The position numbers and the translations under genes are program-made. Shown piece by piece: positions 22,194 through 31,564 of a DNA stretch of 64,000 bases (positions within the stretch are counted from its first letter, which is position 1; every line of letters starts with the position of its first letter). The DNA comes from Clostridium sp. CAG:354_28_25. Lineage in GTDB: Bacteria > Bacillota > Clostridia > TANB77 > CAG-508. A model generated the notes under the pieces. That model saw only the letters and a program-made list of their open reading frames with translations, made no database searches and had not been told where the DNA came from. The stretch spans positions 12,448 through 76,447 of the forward strand of contig MNRL01000019.1 of NCBI GenBank assembly GCA_001915925.1, in the 5' to 3' direction.

Positions 22194-22862
22194 ATGAAAA
22201 TAGAGCAATTGGTAAAAGAATTAATAGAGATATGCAAAAATAATGAATTAAATAAGATATACATATGCGGAAATGGGGCAAGTGGTAAAACCACACTTAG
22301 CAAAAAAATCCAAGAGGAAGCATTAAAATATGGTAATGTAAATTTAATTTCAACAGATGATTTTCTAGCAAATACAAAAATGAGAGTAAATGCGGTAAGT
22401 AATTGGATTGAAAACGAAACTGAATATACAGGAAGATATACATCATCTAATTATGAATCATATTTTTTAAAAAATGTTTATGAAATTATATACAATATTG
22501 ACCATGGTGTAGATTGTTTTTATTTTCCTAAAAGATATAAAGAAAAAAATAATATAAGACAATTAAAATCAAATTACTTCTTAACAATTATAGAAGGTGT
22601 TGGTACTGTATTTTTAGAAAAGGAAAAAAATAAATCTTTAACAATATTTTTAAAATGTAATAAAGAAAATGAAATAAAAAGAAGAAAATCTAGAACAGAG
22701 CAACTAAATAGAGATCCAATAGAATTATATGATGAAGAAAGAAGTAGTCAATTCAGAGTAAATGTATTAAGTCATATAAATGAATTTGATTTAATTATAG
22801 AAAATGATGAAGATTTTAATTATACAATACTAAATAAAGGAAGTGATAAATTTGAATATTAA
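22194..22862 (+). CDS. P-loop NTPase (uridine kinase-like/AAA kinase)
   Basis: Walker A GNGASGKTT near N-terminus. Confidence 0.55.
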   Translation: MKIEQLVKELIEICKNNELNKIYICGNGASGKTTLSKKIQEEALKYGNVNLISTDDFLANTKMRVNAVSNWIENETEYTGRYTSSNYESYFLKNVYEIIYNIDHGVDCFYFPKRYKEKNNIRQLKSNYFLTIIEGVGTVFLEKEKNKSLTIFLKCNKENEIKRRKSRTEQLNRDPIELYDEERSSQFRVNVLSHINEFDLIIENDEDFNYTILNKGSDKFEY

Positions 22863-23742
22863 CTGGTATCCAGGCCATATGGCAAAAACGAAAAGACAAA
22901 TACAAGAAGACCTAAAACTAATAGATGTAGTAGTAGAACTATTAGATAGCAGAATACCAATATCTAGTAGAAATCCGGATATAAATACAATAGTAAAAGG
23001 AAAAAAGAAAATAATTGTGTTAAATAAAAGTGACTTAGCTGATGAAAAAGAAACAATAAAATGGGTAGAGTATTTTAAATCACAAAAAATTCCAGCAGTA
23101 ATTACAGATGCCAATAGCGGAAAAGGAATAAAAGAAGTTATAAAACAAGCAGAATTAATAATGAAAGATGAACTAGATAAAAGAGAAGAAAAAGGAAGAA
23201 GTGGTAGAAAAATTAGAATAATGATACTAGGAATACCAAATGTAGGAAAATCATCTTTTATAAATAGACTAGCTAATAAAAATTCCCTAGAGGTAGGAAA
23301 TAAACCAGGTGTTACAAGAAAAAAACAATGGATAAAAATTAGTAATAGCATAGAACTTTTAGATACGCCAGGAGTTCTATGGCCCAAATTTGAAAGTGAT
23401 GAAGTAGCACTTAATTTAGCATATACAGGAACAATAAAAGATGATGTATTAGAAAAAACAGATGTTGCATTCTATTTTCTAAAATATATGTTAGAAAATG
23501 AAATAGATAAATTAGTAGCAAGATATAACTTAAGCAAACAAGAAATATTAAATTCATTAGAAAATCAAACTAGACCAGAAAATGAGATAATATATGATAT
23601 AATGTTACAAATAGGAAAATCACGCGGAGCAGTTGTTTCTGGTGGGAATGTAGATGATGTAAAAACCGCCAATATAATATTAGAAGACTTTAGAAGTGGT
23701 AAATTAGGAAGACTAACATTAGAAAAGACTCCGGTCAAATAA
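22843..23742 (+). CDS. rbgA: Ribosome biogenesis GTPase A (YlqF/RbgA)
   Basis: WYPGHMAK start motif, circularly permuted GTPase (DARIP-like, GIPNVGKSS); true start may be TTG 22852. Confidence 0.85.
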   Translation: MINLNINWYPGHMAKTKRQIQEDLKLIDVVVELLDSRIPISSRNPDINTIVKGKKKIIVLNKSDLADEKETIKWVEYFKSQKIPAVITDANSGKGIKEVIKQAELIMKDELDKREEKGRSGRKIRIMILGIPNVGKSSFINRLANKNSLEVGNKPGVTRKKQWIKISNSIELLDTPGVLWPKFESDEVALNLAYTGTIKDDVLEKTDVAFYFLKYMLENEIDKLVARYNLSKQEILNSLENQTRPENEIIYDIMLQIGKSRGAVVSGGNVDDVKTANIILEDFRSGKLGRLTLEKTPVK

Positions 23743-23758
23743 GAAAGGTAGGGAAAAA

Positions 23759-24169
23759 ATGGAGAATATAGCAGAGCCCAAAAGAACTCCAGAAGAAGTT
23801 AATTTTTTAAATCCATTGGTTTGGGCATATGTAGGTGATAGTGTTTATGAACTATTTATTAGAACAAATTTAGTAAATAATTCGAATGAAAAAGTACATA
23901 AATTACATGTTAGTGCAATCAAATTTGTTAAAGCGGCAGGACAGGCTAAAATTTTAAAAGCGATAGAAGAGGAATTAACAGATGATGAAAAAAACATAGT
24001 TCGAAGAGCAAGAAACACTCAAAACCATCATATAGCCAAAAATGCTACGCCAGCAGAATATGCATATGCAACAGCATTTGAAGGACTAATTGGATACTTA
24101 TATTTAACGAAGCAAGACGAAAGATTAAAATATATATTAAATAGAGCTTTAGAGGAAGGAAATAAATAG
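23759..24169 (+). CDS. mrnC: Mini-ribonuclease III
   Basis: LVWAYVGDSVYELFIR RNase III-like catalytic motif, 136 aa. Confidence 0.8.
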   Translation: MENIAEPKRTPEEVNFLNPLVWAYVGDSVYELFIRTNLVNNSNEKVHKLHVSAIKFVKAAGQAKILKAIEEELTDDEKNIVRRARNTQNHHIAKNATPAEYAYATAFEGLIGYLYLTKQDERLKYILNRALEEGNK

Positions 24170-24170
24170 T

Positions 24171-25271
24171 ATGAATGAAGAAAAGAAGAAATATTATTCT
24201 AGAATATTATTTAAAACAGGAGTATTAATATTTACTTTAGTTTTATTATACTTGGCATATAAATTTGCAATGTTTTATGTACCATTTATAATCGCGTTCT
24301 TAATTGCAACAATGATAGAACCATTAATAAAATTTTTTATGAATAAATGTAAAATGAAAAGGAAGGCTTCAGCGACTATTTCTTTAATATTAGTTGTTGT
24401 AATAATTGGTTCTTTACTTGCAGTGTTAATTTCTGCAATAATATCAGAATCAAAAGTATTACTTAATAATCTAAATTCATCAATGGATGGCGTATATAAT
24501 TGGGGAATGGAACTTATAAATAATTTTACTAGTGGAGAAATAGTTGTACCACAAGATTGGATTTCTACTGTACAAGATTCTTTAGGTAGTATTATAGATG
24601 TTGTAAAAAACATAGTGTATAGTTTCGCAACAGGAGTAATTAATTTTGCAGGACAAGTTCCAGGAGCAATTACATATACGATTATAACAATTCTTGCAAT
24701 AATATTTATGTGTTTTGATAGAGATTATGTTAAAAATTTATTAAAACAACAAATACCAAAGAAATGGCTTGAAAAAGCAAATGAAATAGTAGTAAAATCA
24801 TTAAAAATAATTTGGAATTACATAAAAGCAGAAGCAAGATTGTCATTATTATGCTTTATATTAATTACTATTGGATTAAATATTCTAAATTTATGTGGAT
24901 TTAATATAGAGTATGTCGCAATAATGTCTATCTTAATAGGATTTGTAGATTTGCTACCACTATTTGGTGCAGGTTTTGTTATGGTTCCTTGGACGGTAGT
25001 ATTATTAATACAAGGAAATGCACCTGCAGGAATTGCTGTGTTTGTTTTATGGCTTGTATGGTCTGTTATAAAACAATTCTTAGAGCCAAAATTTGTAAGC
25101 AAACAAATGGGAATGCATCCAATATTTACATTACTTGGAATGTATACAGGATTTAAATTGTTTGGTGTAATAGGTTTATTATTAGGACCAATTATATTCT
25201 TAGTTATACGAGAAGTATTTGCTAATAATGTTAATAAAGGTATATTAAAAGACTTTTTTGAATTAGAATAG
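24171..25271 (+). CDS. AI-2E family transporter (sporulation integral membrane protein YtvI-like)
   Basis: 366 aa polytopic membrane protein with UPF0118/AI-2E topology. Confidence 0.65.
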   Translation: MNEEKKKYYSRILFKTGVLIFTLVLLYLAYKFAMFYVPFIIAFLIATMIEPLIKFFMNKCKMKRKASATISLILVVVIIGSLLAVLISAIISESKVLLNNLNSSMDGVYNWGMELINNFTSGEIVVPQDWISTVQDSLGSIIDVVKNIVYSFATGVINFAGQVPGAITYTIITILAIIFMCFDRDYVKNLLKQQIPKKWLEKANEIVVKSLKIIWNYIKAEARLSLLCFILITIGLNILNLCGFNIEYVAIMSILIGFVDLLPLFGAGFVMVPWTVVLLIQGNAPAGIAVFVLWLVWSVIKQFLEPKFVSKQMGMHPIFTLLGMYTGFKLFGVIGLLLGPIIFLVIREVFANNVNKGILKDFFELE

Positions 25272-25321
25272 GGATTTTTGGGACGGTCCTAGGGATTTGG
25301 GGACGGTCATAAAATCCCTGT
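25269..25321. repeat. Tandem copy of repeat family: TAGGGATTTTTGGGACGGTCC + TAGGGATTTGGGGACGGTC + ATAAAATCCCTGTA; first TAG is the ytvI-like stop
   Basis: Direct reading; core variant GACGGTC instead of GACGTTC. Confidence 0.7.
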
Positions 25322-25335
25322 AGAAGGGCGTATAT

Positions 25336-26025
25336 ATGAATAATGAAGAAATTAGAAAAAAATTAATAGAACTAAGTGATGCCAAATATAAAGAATTTCA
25401 TTCTGGGCTATGCCCAGGAATGGATACAGAAATGCTTGGAGTTAGTATTCCAAAGGTAAGAAAACTGGCAAAAGAAATTATTAAAGATAATCCAGCAGAA
25501 TATTTAAAACAACCAGCAGAGGAATATTATGAAGAACTTTTATTACAAGCATTGGTAATTGCAAATCTAAAAATAGAATTAGAAAAAAAGAAAGAATATA
25601 TAATTAATTTTGTACCAAAAATAAATTGTTGGGCAGTTTGCGATAGTTTTTGTGCCGGTCTAAAAGATGCAGACAAAAATCAACAATTCTTTTGGAAAAT
25701 TATAAGTAAATATTTTAAATCTAACAAAGAATATGAAATAAGGTTTGCTATTGTAATGTTATTAGACCATTATGTAAAAGAAGAATATATAGACAAAATT
25801 TTTGAAGTCATAGATAATATCAAAAGTGAAGAATATTATGTGGAAATGGGAATAGCATGGCTTGTGGCAGAAATGTACATAAAATTTCCAAAACAAACGA
25901 TGAAATATTTAAAAAATTGTAATTTAAATAAATTTACATATAATAAAGCATTACAAAAAGCAAGAGAATCATATAGAGTAAGTAAAGAAGAAAAAGAAAT
26001 TTTAAATAAGATGAAGAAAAAATAA
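25336..26025 (+). CDS. DNA alkylation repair enzyme (AlkD/AlkC-like HEAT-repeat glycosylase family)
   Basis: 229 aa, helical repeat protein matching the DNA_alkylation family pattern. Confidence 0.6.
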   Translation: MNNEEIRKKLIELSDAKYKEFHSGLCPGMDTEMLGVSIPKVRKLAKEIIKDNPAEYLKQPAEEYYEELLLQALVIANLKIELEKKKEYIINFVPKINCWAVCDSFCAGLKDADKNQQFFWKIISKYFKSNKEYEIRFAIVMLLDHYVKEEYIDKIFEVIDNIKSEEYYVEMGIAWLVAEMYIKFPKQTMKYLKNCNLNKFTYNKALQKARESYRVSKEEKEILNKMKKK

Positions 26026-26040
26026 TAGGAGGAATATATA

Positions 26041-27270
26041 ATGAAAAAGCCAGAATTATTAGCACCAGCAGGGTCATACGAAAAGGCAAAGACAGCATTT
26101 AGATATGGAGCAGATGCTGTATATTGTGGTACATCATCACTATCTTTAAGAACAAGAGCAGAAATGAATGATGAGGCATTAGCAAAAACAATTGAATATG
26201 CACATAGTATAGGAAAAAGAGTACATGTTGCACTTAATATATTTGCTTGGGATACTAACTATGAAGAGATAAGAAAACAAGCAAAAATGTTACAAGACAT
26301 GAAGGCAGATGGAATAATCGTTGCAGATGGTGGAGTTGTGGAAACTGTAAAAGAATATGCACCAAATGTAGATATACATATAAGTACACAAGCAAATGTA
26401 GTAAGCTTAGAGTCAGCTAAGTTTTGGTATAAAAATGGGGCAAAAAGAGTAATTTTAGCCAGAGAATTAAACAAAGAACAAATAAGATATATGATGCAAA
26501 ACAAACCAGAAGATTTGGAAGTAGAAATGTTTGCACATGGTGCAATATGCTTTGGTTATTCAGGAAGATGTTTCTTAAGTGATTTCTTGGCTTGTAGAAG
26601 TGCAAACTTAGGGGATTGTGCACAAAGTTGTAGATGGGCATATAATTTATATGTAGAAGAGGCAAATAATCCAGGAAATTTAATGCCTGTAGAAACAGAT
26701 GAAAAAGGAACATATATCTTTTCATCAAAAGACTTATGCTTAATACACGAAATACCAGAAATTGTAGATATGGGACTTGATAGCTTAAAAATAGAAGGAA
26801 GATTAAAAACAGAATATTATTTAGCCACAATAGTAAATACATATAGAACAGCAATAGATGATTACGTAAAAGATCCTAAAAATTATAATGCAGATAAATA
26901 CATGCAAGAACTTGAAAAAACTAAAACAAGAGGATTAACAACTTTCTATTTTAATGACAGAAACAATAAAGATTTCCAAGAATATGAAGGAAAACAATAT
27001 AATCCAAATTTTGAATTTGGAGGAAAAGTAGTAGAAACAGTTAATGGAAAAACATCTGTAGAAATAAAGAATAAATTATCTGTTGGTGACGAAATGGAAA
27101 TTATAATTCCGGGAAAAATAGAAGTAGTAAAATTTGCAATAGAAAAATTATGGGATTATGAAACAGACGAAGAAATAGAAACTATAAATCCAGGAGTAAA
27201 AGACCAAAAAGTAAAGATGCAATTACCAATAGAAGTAAAAGAAGGTTGGATATTAAGAAGAAAAAAATAG
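26041..27270 (+). CDS. Peptidase U32 family protein
   Basis: N-terminal ELLAPAGS..AV.AGADAVY U32 signature. Confidence 0.85.
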   Translation: MKKPELLAPAGSYEKAKTAFRYGADAVYCGTSSLSLRTRAEMNDEALAKTIEYAHSIGKRVHVALNIFAWDTNYEEIRKQAKMLQDMKADGIIVADGGVVETVKEYAPNVDIHISTQANVVSLESAKFWYKNGAKRVILARELNKEQIRYMMQNKPEDLEVEMFAHGAICFGYSGRCFLSDFLACRSANLGDCAQSCRWAYNLYVEEANNPGNLMPVETDEKGTYIFSSKDLCLIHEIPEIVDMGLDSLKIEGRLKTEYYLATIVNTYRTAIDDYVKDPKNYNADKYMQELEKTKTRGLTTFYFNDRNNKDFQEYEGKQYNPNFEFGGKVVETVNGKTSVEIKNKLSVGDEMEIIIPGKIEVVKFAIEKLWDYETDEEIETINPGVKDQKVKMQLPIEVKEGWILRRKK

Positions 27271-27298
27271 GGATTGGGGGACGTTCCTTAAATCCCTA
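27268..27298. repeat. Single unit of repeat family TAGGGATT-GGGGGACGTTCCTT-AAATCCCTA (TAG = stop of the U32 gene)
   Basis: 8-bp inverted arms around the GGGGACGTTCC core. Confidence 0.75.
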
Positions 27299-27328
27299 TA
27301 TAAGAAAAGTGTTATAAGGGGGATACAT

Positions 27329-28396
27329 ATGATTAAATTAGATGAAGAAGCTATTTTAAAAAAGGTTGATGAAATTAGAGCTGAAAAAGCTGATTCAAAA
27401 GAGTTATTAGCATTAATTGGTGGAGATGAATTAGAAAAGATATTCGAGAAATATAGTATAGAAGCAATTATAGATACATTAATTCAGGAAAAGAAAACGC
27501 ATTCTTTATATGAGGATGATGAAAATGGATTAACTGAGTTAGAAGGACTATTAAATAAAAAAATCACAGGAAAGTTAGGAAAATTCTATATGATGAAACC
27601 AGAATATATTATATCTTTACCACCAGAAGAGCAGGAACATATGGCAGAAAGTATTTCTGAAGGTAATATAGATTTAAAAAATGCTTTGATGACATTATGG
27701 AAAAATGGGATAGAAACAAAAGCATGTGGTGGAGTAAGAACAAAAGAAGAGGAAACACCTTATATATATGTAAATGTTTCATTAAAAAATAGTGATATTT
27801 TAGGAAGATTAAATAATATTACCCAAAAGGGAGAAAATTATCTGGATTTATGTTTTGATGCAGGAGATGATAGTTTAGACATTGTAATAAAAGGTGAAAA
27901 TGTATATCAAGATGTAGTAGAAGAATTTCAAAAAGAACCACCTAAAAAAAACATTCTTGATTTTCTAGCAGAGGAACAATTATTAACAAGTACAGTTCTT
28001 GCTAAGCATATAGAAAATAATCAGCAATTAAAGTATACAGAAAAAGATGTTGAAGAGATTGTATTAGATACCGCAAAAGAGCACAAAGAACAAGCAGATA
28101 GAAATGAAGCTTTATTAAGAGAAAAATATGAAAATGAGATTAGAAGATTATCAAAGAAATTAGAAGAAGAGAAAAAAGAAAATGAAGAATTATCAGGTGC
28201 ATTAGAAAAAAAACAAGAAGAAAAAGAAAATTTACAACAAAAATATGATAAATTATATGAAACACATGGAAGATTAAAAAATTTTATTGTACGCAAAATA
28301 GGTAAGATACCGTTTTTAGGTAGAAGAGTTTTAAAACTTATGGAGACAGAAGTAAGAGCTTTACCAGAAGGAAAAGATGATACAGAGAGAGAATAG
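27329..28396 (+). CDS. Hypothetical protein with C-terminal coiled-coil/charged region
   Basis: 355-aa ORF bracketed by repeat copies. Confidence 0.5.
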   Translation: MIKLDEEAILKKVDEIRAEKADSKELLALIGGDELEKIFEKYSIEAIIDTLIQEKKTHSLYEDDENGLTELEGLLNKKITGKLGKFYMMKPEYIISLPPEEQEHMAESISEGNIDLKNALMTLWKNGIETKACGGVRTKEEETPYIYVNVSLKNSDILGRLNNITQKGENYLDLCFDAGDDSLDIVIKGENVYQDVVEEFQKEPPKKNILDFLAEEQLLTSTVLAKHIENNQQLKYTEKDVEEIVLDTAKEHKEQADRNEALLREKYENEIRRLSKKLEEEKKENEELSGALEKKQEEKENLQQKYDKLYETHGRLKNFIVRKIGKIPFLGRRVLKLMETEVRALPEGKDDTERE

Positions 28397-28417
28397 GGGA
28401 AATTTAAAAATCCCTAT
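28394..28417. repeat. Degenerate arm-only copy TAGGGGAAATTTAAAAATCCCTAT (TAG = stop of the 27329 gene)
   Basis: TAGGG/CCCTA arms without the GACGTTC core. Confidence 0.4.
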
Positions 28418-28434
28418 TCTATCGAGCAGCAAAC

Positions 28435-28476
28435 AAAAGGGGACACTCTTAAAAAGAAAGAATGTCCCTTTTGTGC
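28435..28476. terminator. Bidirectional terminator hairpin GGGGACACTCTT..AAGAATGTCCCTTTT between convergent genes
   Basis: 11-bp stem with one mismatch, A-run and T-run on either side. Confidence 0.6.
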
Positions 28477-28477
28477 A

Positions 28478-29284
28478 TTATTTTTTAGAAAATGATGAAG
28501 AAATTATTAATCCAATTAAACAAGATAATATAGATAATATTCCAGTTGTATTAAAACTTATGTTAGGAAAAAGAATGAACACAGAACCCAAAACAAATCC
28601 TAATATAGAATAATATGTTTGTGAATGATATTTATTAAGTAAAAATTGTATTAATTTCATACATAAGAATCCACCAATAAGCAAACCAATTCCCATAGGA
28701 AGTAATATTCTCATATTCATTATAGATACTGCATAAAGATATGTTTCATAAACTCCAAGTAGCATTAAAATAACAGTGCTACTAACTCCAGGAACCACAA
28801 CGCCAATACTCATTAAAAAGCCAGCTAGTATTAAAAATTCAAAACTATAGTTATCACCATAATATATTCCAACATTACTAGACATTTTATTTTCTAATAA
28901 AAGCAATAAAATAGCAATAATAAATGATACTATAAAAAATAAGATATATCGTAATTTGAATTTTTCTTTTGAATTACAAATTTTAAATATAGAAGGAATA
29001 CAGCCTAAGATAAGACCAATAAAGGTAAATGATGTAATTTCTGGATATCTTTCGAATAAAAAGAGAATAATATTGCTAAAGATAATTATTCCAGTGAGAC
29101 CACCTAATATAAAAGGAGTAAGAAATTTAATATTAGTCTTCCAATCTTTAAAAAAGTTTAATATACTATTTAAAAGAGTTTCGTAAATACCAAAAATAAC
29201 ACATAATACCCCACTGCTTATACCAGGTATTATTGCGCCAGCACCAATAAGGATACCTTTAATGTAATTAAAAAGAAATTTCAT
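28478..29284 (-). CDS. DUF368 family membrane protein (undecaprenyl-phosphate transporter-like)
   Basis: Two PGISSSG/PGVSST repeats typical of DUF368. Confidence 0.7.
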   Translation of the reverse strand: MKFLFNYIKGILIGAGAIIPGISSGVLCVIFGIYETLLNSILNFFKDWKTNIKFLTPFILGGLTGIIIFSNIILFLFERYPEITSFTFIGLILGCIPSIFKICNSKEKFKLRYILFFIVSFIIAILLLLLENKMSSNVGIYYGDNYSFEFLILAGFLMSIGVVVPGVSSTVILMLLGVYETYLYAVSIMNMRILLPMGIGLLIGGFLCMKLIQFLLNKYHSQTYYSILGFVLGSVFILFPNISFNTTGILSILSCLIGLIISSSFSKK

Positions 29285-29325
29285 AATACACCTCTAATAT
29301 ATGTATATGGAAGGAAGTAAATAAT

Positions 29326-29772
29326 ATGACAAATAAAGAAGTTATTGAAGCATATACAAAAACTAAAGAAAGCCTAAATCCAATTCTAGATGAACTTCAA
29401 GAGATGAATGGATTTGTATCTAGGAATGATATTATAGAAATTGCTAACTATCTAGATATTTCTGAAAAAGAGATAATGGTGCTTTTAAAATATAAGAAAA
29501 ATATTAAACTAGAAAAACAAGGTGAAAATATAGTAATTGTATGTAAAGGGCCAAACTGTTTAAAGAAAGGTTCATTAGATATAATAAAAGAAATTGAAAA
29601 AGAATTTAATGTAAAAGAAGGCCATACAAGTAAAGATGGAAAAATTACATTAGACACAAAAAATTGTTTTAAAAAGTGTGGTTTTGCTCCAAATGTACAA
29701 ATAAATGGAAAATTATATAGTAATTGTTCAAAACAAAATATTGTTAAACTTTTAAAAGATATGATATATTAA
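29326..29772 (+). CDS. NuoE-like thioredoxin-fold [2Fe-2S] ferredoxin
   Basis: C-x4-C ... C-x3-C pattern (CKGPNC .. CFKKCGFAP). Confidence 0.6.
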   Translation: MTNKEVIEAYTKTKESLNPILDELQEMNGFVSRNDIIEIANYLDISEKEIMVLLKYKKNIKLEKQGENIVIVCKGPNCLKKGSLDIIKEIEKEFNVKEGHTSKDGKITLDTKNCFKKCGFAPNVQINGKLYSNCSKQNIVKLLKDMIY

Positions 29773-29795
29773 TAAAGAGAAAGGAAGGGAAGATT

Positions 29796-30350
29796 ATGAA
29801 AAAAGTAGCTGTAATGATTGCTGATGGAACTGAAGAGATTGAAGCTCTTACCGTAGTAGATGTTATGAGAAGAGCAAATATCAAATGTGATATTGTAAGT
29901 GTTAATGGAAGAGAAATAAAAAGTTCGCACAATATAGAAATATTAGCAGATAAAGTAATAGATGAATCTATTAAAGATTATGATATGATTGTATTACCAG
30001 GTGGTTTGCCAGGAGCATATAATCTAGCTGAAGATAAATTGTTAATAGAAACTTTAAGAGAATTTAGTAAAGATAGTAACAAATATATTGGTGCAATATG
30101 TGCATCACCAGCTATTGTTTTATCTAAAGCAAATATAGAAGAAGGAAAAAATATAACATCATATCCAGGTAAAGGATTCGAAGATTTATTAAAGAAAGCA
30201 AATTACACCGAAAATTTAGTAGAAGTAGATGGAAATATTATAACAAGTAGAGGACCTGCAACAGCAATGCTATTCGCATATAAACTATTAGATGTTTTAG
30301 GTCATAATTCTAAAGAAGTAAGTGATGGAATGCTTTGGAATTTATTATAG
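29796..30350 (+). CDS. DJ-1/PfpI family protein
   Basis: AICASP nucleophile elbow, 184 aa. Confidence 0.8.
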   Translation: MKKVAVMIADGTEEIEALTVVDVMRRANIKCDIVSVNGREIKSSHNIEILADKVIDESIKDYDMIVLPGGLPGAYNLAEDKLLIETLREFSKDSNKYIGAICASPAIVLSKANIEEGKNITSYPGKGFEDLLKKANYTENLVEVDGNIITSRGPATAMLFAYKLLDVLGHNSKEVSDGMLWNLL

Positions 30351-30354
30351 TGAA

Positions 30355-30378
30355 AAAAGGAACGTCCCTAAATCCCGA
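30355..30378. repeat. Reverse-orientation copy AAGGAACGTCCCTAAATCCCGAAGG that supplies the GGAGG RBS of the next gene
   Basis: Reverse complement of GGGATTTAGGGACGTTCC. Confidence 0.6.
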
Positions 30379-30391
30379 AGGAGGAGAAATA

Positions 30392-30799
30392 ATGGAATTT
30401 GAAAGAGGAATAAATTATTATGAATTAGACGGAATGAATGTTGTTCATCATTCAAATTATATAAGGTATATGGAAGAAGCAAGGATATATTTATTAGATA
30501 AAATGGGGTTACCATACAAAAAAATAGAAGATAATGGAATAATGATTCCAGTTTTAGAAGTTAATTACAAATATAAGTATCCTGCGAAGTTTGGAGATAT
30601 AATAGTTGTAAAAGTAGATATATCTGAATTTGATGGTATAAAATTAGGTATGAAATATGAAATTAGAAATAAAGAAACAGGAAAAGTTTTAGGAATAGGT
30701 GAAACTAAACATTGTTTTACAAATTCTAATATGAGACCAATATCATTAAAGAAGGTAAACAAAGAGTTTTATGATATATTTGAAAAATATGCTAAATAA
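30392..30799 (+). CDS. Acyl-CoA thioesterase (4HBT/YbgC-like hotdog)
   Basis: Start placed at the second Met with GGAGGAG RBS; hotdog-fold motif. Confidence 0.65.
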   Translation: MEFERGINYYELDGMNVVHHSNYIRYMEEARIYLLDKMGLPYKKIEDNGIMIPVLEVNYKYKYPAKFGDIIVVKVDISEFDGIKLGMKYEIRNKETGKVLGIGETKHCFTNSNMRPISLKKVNKEFYDIFEKYAK

Positions 30800-30972
30800 A
30801 TTAAGAAAAGATACATAGAAAGTTGCTATGTATCTTTTCTTATATATAAATGATTTTCTTATTGAAATGTAAGTACTAATGTGCTATTATTGCAAAAGTA
30901 TGTTTTACAAGTAAGTTATATCATAGAAATAATGGTATAAAAATGAATTCTAGAATTTAGGAGGATTAAGAA

Positions 30973-31398
30973 ATGAAAGAAAATTTAAAGAATGTAGCTC
31001 GGTTAATACCTTATGCGGTGTATGCTTTTTTAATCTCAGCTGTAATACTAAAGCTATGGTACGAAAATAAAAATTGGTTAATCATATCTATTTTATGTAG
31101 TGTATCTAATATTACAGCTAATATAATTTTTAACTATAAAATATATTCCGATGAAACACAGCAGGGTCAGGCTAAGATTATTAATTTTAAGACAAAATTA
31201 ACAGAAAAAAATAAAACTAGCATGAAGATGATTATAATAGATAGTATTATTACAATAGTCGGGGCCTATTTTATTTTTGCTTTTTTCATAGGAGTATTGT
31301 TTGAAGTGGAAAATTGGGCAGAAATGGTGAAATTTCCAGTAACATTTTTTGCTGTAACATATATTGAGTGTCACTATACATATTCTAAAAGCGAGTAA
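30973..31398 (+). CDS. Membrane protein (141 aa)
   Basis: Four hydrophobic helices; terminator 31408-31445. Confidence 0.45.
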   Translation: MKENLKNVARLIPYAVYAFLISAVILKLWYENKNWLIISILCSVSNITANIIFNYKIYSDETQQGQAKIINFKTKLTEKNKTSMKMIIIDSIITIVGAYFIFAFFIGVLFEVENWAEMVKFPVTFFAVTYIECHYTYSKSE

Positions 31399-31564
31399 CA
31401 ATTCTAACGAACGGTGCAAGTTTAACTTGTACCGTTTTTCTTTATATATAAATATGTAGATGCTTTATGTATAAAAAGAAAAATTTAAAAATAATTTTGT
31501 AAAAATATATCACAAAAAAAATATTAATGGTATAATTATTAAAAATATACCAAGGAGAATCCTT

